Below, in pieces: positions 19,028 to 24,000 of a DNA stretch of 24,000 bases. Positions within the stretch are counted from its first letter, which is position 1. Each line of letters starts with the position of its first letter. Source of the DNA: Gammaproteobacteria bacterium (lineage in GTDB: Bacteria; Pseudomonadota; Gammaproteobacteria; HK1); the NCBI GenBank assembly GCA_022824305.1, contig JAJEAD010000089.1:81756-105755 (forward strand), written 5' to 3'. The notes below the pieces were generated by a model. It was not told where the DNA came from and searched no databases. It saw only the letters and a list, made by a program, of their open reading frames with translations. The translations under genes were made by a program, and so were the position numbers.

Positions 19028-19056
19028 CCCACGAGGTGACGAGCACCTGAGAGTCG

Positions 19057-21402
19057 ATGGCACGAGCGCGCATCCGCAATACCCGAGGCGCAGGTGGCAG
19101 ACGCCGAACGTCCCCGCGGCGTTCCCGCCGGCGCGGCAAGCGCGGGCGAGCCTCGACGCGGCTGCGCTCGCTTGCCATGCGGGCGACCGTGATGGTCGCC
19201 GTTCTCGCCCTGGGCTGGGTCGCCTGGCTCGATCTCGACATGCGGGCCAAGTTCGAGGGCAAGCGATGGTCGCTGCCCGCTCGGATCTACGCTCGACCAC
19301 TGGATCTCTACGCCGGGGCGAGGCTCGCGCCGGACGAGTTCGAGCGCGAGCTCGCATTGGCGGGCTACCACCGGAGCCCGGAGCCCCGCAGGCCCGGCAG
19401 CTATCGTCGCGAGGATTCCCGTTTCCGATTGATCGCGCGCGAGTTTCGCTTCTGGGACGGCCATGAGCCCGAGCGCACTCTGGAACTGGACTTCGAGCGC
19501 GGCCGGCTCGTCTCTCTCTCGGAAGGGAGTCGGAAGGTTTCGCTCGCGAGGCTCGATCCCGCGGAAATTGCCCAGATTTATCCCGCCCACCGCGAGGACC
19601 GCATTCTCGTCTCGCTCGAGGAGGTGCCTCCGCTCCTCGTGAAGGGCCTGCTGGCGGTCGAGGACCGGGAATTCCTTTCCCACCACGGGATCTCGCTGCG
19701 AGGGATCGCACGGGCAGCCTTCGCCAATCTCCGGGCCGGCGGCGCAGTGCAGGGCGGCAGCACGCTGACGCAGCAATTGGCGAAGAACTTCTTTCTGACG
19801 CCCGAGCGCAGTCTGTGGCGCAAGGCGAACGAAGCGCTGCTCGCCGTGCTTCTCGAGGCGCGCTACGAGAAGTCGGAGATCCTCGAGGCGTATTTGAACG
19901 AGGTCTTTCTCGGTCAGCGCGGCCGCCGGGCCATCCACGGATTCGGGCTTGCCGCCTGGTACTACTACCGCCGGCCGCTCCAGGAGCTGCGCAGCGAGGA
20001 GCTCGCTCTCCTCATCGGGCTGGTGAAGGGCCCCTCCTTCTACAACCCTCACCGCCACCCCGAGCGGGCGCGGGCCCGGCGGGACACGGTGCTGAGAGTC
20101 ATGGTGGAGCAGGGCGTGATCCCGGCGGCCGAGGGGAAGGCGGCCCGCGAGCGTGGGCTCGGAGTCGGTAGAGCCGGTGGAGTGGCGCGTTCCTCCTACC
20201 CGGCCTTCGTCGACCTCGTCCGCCGGCAAGTGCGACGCGACTACGATATCGAGAGCCTTCGCACCGAGGGGTTGCGGATCTTCACTACCCTGGACCCGAG
20301 CGTGCAGGCGTCGGCCGAGCAGGCCATGTCGGGGCAGATTGCGAAGCTCGAAGCGTCGAGGGGCGCGCGCGCTGCCCCGCTCCAGGGCGCGCTTGCGGTG
20401 ACCGCGACCGGTACCGGGGAGGTCCTGGCGGTAGTCGGGAGCCGGGATCCCGACGATTTCGGCTTCAATCGCGCGCTGGACGCGGTCCGCCCGATAGGAT
20501 CGCTTGCCAAGCCCGCGGTGTACCTCGCCGCGCTCGCGCACCCGGACCGGTACACGCTGGCGAGCCCGGTGTCGGACGCACCGGTGCGCGTCGAAGGCAG
20601 GACGGGCAAGGCGTGGACCCCGGCGAACTACGACGGACGCTCCCACGGAGAGGTTCCGCTCTACGAAGCCCTCGCCCGGTCCTACAACCAGGCCACGGTG
20701 CGCATCGGCCTCGACATCGGGGTCGACGCGGTTGCCGATTACCTGCATCGACTCGGGGTGCAGCGCCGTATCGACGTCTATCCGGCGATGATGCTGGGAG
20801 CCTTCGAGCTCTCCCCGTTGGAGGTGGTGCAGATGTATCACACGCTGGCTTCGGGCGGATTTCGGGTGCCGCTGCGCTCTATCCGGGAGGTGACGGACGC
20901 AAGGGGGCGAAAGCTCTCGCGCTACGGAGTCGCGGTATCCCCCGGGGTAGCTCCCGAGCTCAACTTCCTCATGGTCAACGCGCTCGAATCGGTGATGCGC
21001 GAGGGTACCGGCCGATCGGCTTCCCGGCGCCTGCCCGAGGGCTTCGTCAGCGCGGGGAAGACCGGAACCACCGACGATCTTCGGGATAGCTGGTTCGCGG
21101 GATTCGGCAGCGACCGCCTCGCGGTGGTCTGGCTGGGTCACGACGACAACTCTCCCGCCGGACTGACGGGTGCGACGGGCGCGCTCGCGGTATGGACGGA
21201 ACTCATGCGCCGCATCGATCCGACGCCGCTCGAGCTGCAGCCTCCACCGGGGATCGAATGGCACTGGGTCGACGTGCAGTCGGGACACCGCACCTCACCC
21301 GGCTGCCCCGACGCCCGGCGATTCCCCTTCATCACCGGGTCCGAGCCCTCTCCCGGGCGATGCACGACGAGAGCCGCGCTGAATGAGCGTGCCACGAGTT
21401 GA
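19057..21402 (+). CDS. mrcB: Penicillin-binding protein 1B (bifunctional glycosyltransferase/transpeptidase with UB2H domain)
   Basis: 781 aa with a basic cytoplasmic tail, a TM helix, and GKRWSLPARIYARPL (UB2H region). The GT51 motifs are AVEDREFLSHHGIS, GGSTLTQQLAKN and RKANEA. The TPase motifs are SLAKP, SYN and KTGTT. It is collinear with E. coli PBP1B from memory. Confidence 0.93.
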   Translation: MARARIRNTRGAGGRRRTSPRRSRRRGKRGRASTRLRSLAMRATVMVAVLALGWVAWLDLDMRAKFEGKRWSLPARIYARPLDLYAGARLAPDEFERELALAGYHRSPEPRRPGSYRREDSRFRLIAREFRFWDGHEPERTLELDFERGRLVSLSEGSRKVSLARLDPAEIAQIYPAHREDRILVSLEEVPPLLVKGLLAVEDREFLSHHGISLRGIARAAFANLRAGGAVQGGSTLTQQLAKNFFLTPERSLWRKANEALLAVLLEARYEKSEILEAYLNEVFLGQRGRRAIHGFGLAAWYYYRRPLQELRSEELALLIGLVKGPSFYNPHRHPERARARRDTVLRVMVEQGVIPAAEGKAARERGLGVGRAGGVARSSYPAFVDLVRRQVRRDYDIESLRTEGLRIFTTLDPSVQASAEQAMSGQIAKLEASRGARAAPLQGALAVTATGTGEVLAVVGSRDPDDFGFNRALDAVRPIGSLAKPAVYLAALAHPDRYTLASPVSDAPVRVEGRTGKAWTPANYDGRSHGEVPLYEALARSYNQATVRIGLDIGVDAVADYLHRLGVQRRIDVYPAMMLGAFELSPLEVVQMYHTLASGGFRVPLRSIREVTDARGRKLSRYGVAVSPGVAPELNFLMVNALESVMREGTGRSASRRLPEGFVSAGKTGTTDDLRDSWFAGFGSDRLAVVWLGHDDNSPAGLTGATGALAVWTELMRRIDPTPLELQPPPGIEWHWVDVQSGHRTSPGCPDARRFPFITGSEPSPGRCTTRAALNERATS

Positions 21403-21412
21403 GGAGACGACG

Positions 21413-22090
21413 ATGAGAGCGCATCAACAGGTCGGCGCCGCCGCGCGAGAGTCCGACCTTCCCGGCGCCGTGCGGCGCGCACTTCGGATCGGGGCGCGGC
21501 ATGGCGGAGTCGTCGTGGTCATGCTCGCTCTCGGCGCCTGCGCGGGCCGGACTCCGGCGCCGGTGGAGAGCCGCGTCGACGTGCCCGAGGCGCCCCAGTT
21601 GCCTGCCAGGACCCCGACGTCCGAGCTTGCCGTTTCCGACTCCGCCGCATCCGAAACTGCGTCCGGCGCCGTGGAAGCCGCTCCCGAGGCGCCGCCTCCC
21701 GAGGCGCAAGCGGCGGGTGATGCCACACCCGAGACCGAGAGCACGGTCACACGGCTGGCGGCGCTCAATCCCGCAATCATCGACCTGCTCAACGCCGCCA
21801 GCGCGCACAGCGCCGCGGGGCGCCACGACGGGGCCGCGGCGGCGCTGGAGCGTGCTCTCAAGATCGAGCCGGCCGATCCCGGATTGTGGCACCGCCTGGC
21901 GCGGGTCCGTTTCGATCAGGGCAAGCCCGACCTCGCGGAGGCGCTCGCGGCAAAGTCCAACAGCCTCGCCGCCGGAGACGAGAACCTGCAGGCACAGAAC
22001 TGGCGCCTCATCGCCAAGGTCCGCCGGAGGCTCGGAGACGCGTCGGGGGCGGCCGATGCGGCGGCGCGCGCCTCCCGCGTGCTCGACTGA
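21413..22090 (+). CDS. Predicted lipoprotein with a Pro/Ala/Glu-rich linker and C-terminal TPR-like repeats (LpoP-like candidate PBP1B activator)
   Basis: ATG at 21413 with a GAGGAG RBS 6 nt upstream. An alternative GTG at 21470 gives a compact signal peptide MRRALRIGARHGGVVVVMLALGAC. The lipobox is LGAC (Cys codon 21539-21541). A low-complexity linker follows, then AAGRHDGAAAALERALKIEPADPGLWHRLARVRFDQGKPDLAEALAAKS. Confidence 0.7.
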   Translation: MRAHQQVGAAARESDLPGAVRRALRIGARHGGVVVVMLALGACAGRTPAPVESRVDVPEAPQLPARTPTSELAVSDSAASETASGAVEAAPEAPPPEAQAAGDATPETESTVTRLAALNPAIIDLLNAASAHSAAGRHDGAAAALERALKIEPADPGLWHRLARVRFDQGKPDLAEALAAKSNSLAAGDENLQAQNWRLIAKVRRRLGDASGAADAAARASRVLD

Positions 22091-22091
22091 G

Positions 22092-22137
22092 GCGGGCGGC
22101 GCCGGCCGGTGCGCATCGAGGGACCGGCCCCGCCCGC
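22092..22137 (+). other. GC-rich extended hairpin just downstream of the lipoprotein gene's stop codon
   Basis: GCGGGCGG (22092-22099) pairs with CCGCCCGC (22130-22137). GGCCGGT (22104-22110) pairs with ACCGGCC (22123-22129). The loop is 12 nt and there is no U-tract. Confidence 0.3.
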
Positions 22138-22143
22138 ACCGAG

Positions 22144-22173
22144 TTGAAGGCGGCGCCTGGCTTCTTGTAGGAT
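22144..22173 (+). promoter_or_regulatory. Candidate promoter for the initiator tRNA
   Basis: TTGAAG (22144-22149), an 18-nt spacer, then TAGGAT (22168-22173), followed by a GC-rich discriminator CTTCGC before the tRNA 5' end at 22187. Confidence 0.3.
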
Positions 22174-22186
22174 CTTCGCAACCAGG

Positions 22187-22263
22187 TGCGGGGTGGAGCA
22201 GTCTGGCAGCTCGTCGGGCTCATAACCCGAAGGTCGCAGGTTCAAATCCTGCCCCCGCTACCA
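22187..22263 (+). tRNA. Initiator-type tRNA-Met (anticodon CAT), CCA encoded
   Basis: TGCGGGGTGGAGCAGTCTGGCAGCTCGTCGGGCTCATAACCCGAAGGTCGCAGGTTCAAATCCTGCCCCCGCTACCA. It has three consecutive G:C pairs closing the anticodon stem, A11:U24, and an unpaired 1:72 position. It is near-identical to E. coli tRNA-fMet from memory. Confidence 0.93.
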
Positions 22264-22269
22264 ATCAGG

Positions 22270-22304
22270 GCCGGCGCACCCCCATGGTGCGCCGGCTTTT
22301 TCTT
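22270..22304 (+). terminator. Rho-independent terminator after tRNA-fMet
   Basis: An 11-bp GC-rich stem, GCCGGCGCACC (22270-22280) with GGTGCGCCGGC (22286-22296), has a 5-nt loop and is followed by TTTTTCTT. Confidence 0.85.
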
Positions 22305-22515
22305 GTCCGAGCCCGGTTCCCCCGCCTCGAGGCTCGTATCGGGACCATGTGACCGCATGACGCGCAGGCCGCCACCATGACGCTTCGCTCATCATGGTGC
22401 TCCCTCCCGGTGGGGTTGGTGAACGCGGCCGACGCCGCCTGCGCGTAGCGCCGCGCGCCGCCCCGGCGAGAACCGGGGGGCGCACGGCGCTCGGAGTTGG
22501 AGAAGAGAGCTCCTG

Positions 22516-23460
22516 TCAGCCCTGATCCGGGACCCAGGGACGCCACACTTCCTCGTTGTTTTCGAGCCACTCCTCGACCACCTCGTCGAGGTCCCTTCCG
22601 TCCACGTCGATGGCGAGGATCAGCTCGGCCTGCTCGGAGTTGGACATCCGGAAGTTGCGGATGAGGGCGACCACGTCGGGGTGCTCTTCCTCGAAGCTCG
22701 GAGTCCCGTAGTTGTAGGTGACGTCCTCGGGCCAGTCGCTCACCGGCCAGGCTTCTTCGGAGTACGGGGGCAGCTCGACCTCGACGAGATCGAGGGTCGC
22801 GTGGATCCAGTGCGGTTCCCAGGCGTAGGCCACGAAGGGCTCCTTGCGGGCGTAGAGTCCCTTGAGCTCCGCCCAGTGCGCCGTCTCCGAGCCGAGCTCG
22901 ACGAGCTCGTACTCGAGGTCGAGGCCCGCGGCGCGATCGTGGTCCTTGCACTCCCAGGCCGAGACCGGGCAGGCGATCAGACGGCCCTTGTCTCCGGACT
23001 CGAGGGTCTTGAAGAGATCCTTGTACCGGTTGAGGTCTTCCCAGGTCTTGAGATCGGGGGCCAGCGCGCCCTCGCCCTCGACGAGATAGCGAGGCACGTA
23101 GTAGCCGGACTGTCCGATGACGCCGACGGGCGCGTAGTACCGGATCGAGCCGTCTCCCCCGAACTCCGTGACGTACTTTTCCTTGGTGGTGGAATAGGAC
23201 GGCCAGGTTTCGCAGGCGTAGTCCAGGTCGCCGGCGCGAAGTCCTTCCGAGACCGCCGGACCGGAGGGCATGGTGATGCGCTTCACCCTGTGCCCCATCT
23301 CCCGTTCGAGGATCTGGTGAATGATCTCGCAGGTTACGGCGCCGCCGGTCCAGTCGGCGACGGGAGACTTGAAGAGGTCCGCGGCGGCCGGAGTCGAACC
23401 AAGGGCAATCAATGCTGCGCCGGCCGAGGCGAGCAACCCTGTTCGATTGAGTGCTTTCAT
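22516..23460 (-). CDS. Periplasmic substrate-binding protein of a glycine betaine/proline betaine/choline-type ABC transporter
   Basis: 314 aa from the ATG at 23460 (GGAG RBS 6 nt upstream). The signal peptide is MKALNRTGLLASAGAALIALGSTPAAA. Trp-rich segments (DWTGG, ETWPS, AWEPHW) are typical of OpuAC/ProX-family binding proteins. It lies directly downstream of a ProW-like permease. Confidence 0.75.
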   Translation of the reverse strand: MKALNRTGLLASAGAALIALGSTPAAADLFKSPVADWTGGAVTCEIIHQILEREMGHRVKRITMPSGPAVSEGLRAGDLDYACETWPSYSTTKEKYVTEFGGDGSIRYYAPVGVIGQSGYYVPRYLVEGEGALAPDLKTWEDLNRYKDLFKTLESGDKGRLIACPVSAWECKDHDRAAGLDLEYELVELGSETAHWAELKGLYARKEPFVAYAWEPHWIHATLDLVEVELPPYSEEAWPVSDWPEDVTYNYGTPSFEEEHPDVVALIRNFRMSNSEQAELILAIDVDGRDLDEVVEEWLENNEEVWRPWVPDQG

Positions 23461-23599
23461 TGTGTTCTCCGTGATCGTTTTGACGCCCCTGCGGGCGATG
23501 CGTCTCATGTCGTGCGGCACGAAACGACACAGAAGCTACCGCGACATCGAGGGGATGTCGATATGGGCAAGCGGTGGGAAGGGCGCTGCGCGGAGGTTC

Positions 23600-24000
23600 T
23601 CAGGAGAGACCCAGCGCCGCGCGCTGCTGGCGGGTCCAGGACTGGGTCAGTCTGTCCAGCACGATCGCGAGCAGAGTGATGCCGATCCCCGCCATGAGGC
23701 CCCGCCCGGTGTTGGCGGTGTTCATCGCATCGTAGACCTCCTTGCCGAGGCCGAGTCCGGCGACGAGCGGGGTGATGGCCTGCATCGCGAGTGCCATGAT
23801 CACGGTCTGGTTCACCCCGAGCATGATCGAAGGAATCGCGAGCGGAAACTTCACCTTGGTCAGCGTCTGCAGGGTTCGAGAACCGAACGAACGGGCGACC
23901 TCGTCGATCTCCAGCGGAATCTGGCCGATTCCCAGGGTGGTCAACCGGATCATCGGCGGCAGCGCGTAGATCACCGTGGCGATGATGGCGGTGGTCGGGT
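23600..24000 (-). CDS. ABC transporter permease, ProW/OpuAB-like, 5' end outside the window
   Basis: The frame stays open to the window edge (...PTTAIIATVIYALPPMIRLTTLGIGQIP...EVARSFGS...LPLAIPSIMLGVNQTVIMAL...LDRLTQ). This includes the EAA-type loop of betaine-family permeases. The stop is at 23600-23602. Confidence 0.8.
   Translation of the reverse strand, partial: PTTAIIATVIYALPPMIRLTTLGIGQIPLEIDEVARSFGSRTLQTLTKVKFPLAIPSIMLGVNQTVIMALAMQAITPLVAGLGLGKEVYDAMNTANTGRGLMAGIGITLLAIVLDRLTQSWTRQQRAALGLS

Noticed and set aside
21470-21490. An RRALRIG segment in the lipoprotein signal region that might be a twin-arginine (Tat) motif.
   Set aside because: It lacks the S/T-R-R-x-F-L-K context and the expected hydrophobic residue pattern after RR. 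An ordinary Sec/Lol lipoprotein signal is the simpler reading.
22186-22380. A 64-aa ORF (MRGGAVWQLVGLITRRSQVQILPPLP...).
   Set aside because: It is simply the translation of the tRNA-fMet gene and its terminator.
22373-22399. An 8-bp inverted repeat, CACCATGA-N11-TCATGGTG, downstream of the tRNA-fMet terminator.
   Set aside because: The repeat is short, has an 11-nt loop and lacks flanking features. This is within chance expectation for a 24-kb window.

Overview
This is a high-GC (about two-thirds G+C by eye) proteobacterial chromosomal segment. Protein sequences look gammaproteobacterial (Chromatiales/Xanthomonadales-like), but that is inference only. In order, the window holds: the 3' end of secG; tRNA-Leu(GAG); a complete 14-gene NADH:quinone oxidoreductase operon nuoA-N (746-15293, + strand, nuoC and nuoD unfused, junctions overlapping or short); a convergent psd whose stop codon overlaps the nuoN stop; tRNA-Ala(CGC) on the minus strand; a tightly coupled three-gene cassette (16536-18912, +); a sharp AT-rich island (about 20-25% GC); mrcB (PBP1B) followed by a TPR lipoprotein with LpoP-like architecture; an initiator-type tRNA-Met with a strong intrinsic terminator; and, on the minus strand, the end of a betaine-type ABC importer (permease 3' end plus periplasmic binding protein). 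I saw no transposase, integrase, CRISPR array or rRNA. The cassette is the most interesting item. It encodes a radical SAM/Cys-rich-domain enzyme (ArsS-like), a GT2-like transferase and a DUF2064/CofC-like transferase. This trio is conserved across bacteria, but its product and biological role are, to my knowledge, not established. All coordinates and motifs were read by hand from the sequence and ORF track; no searches were run.
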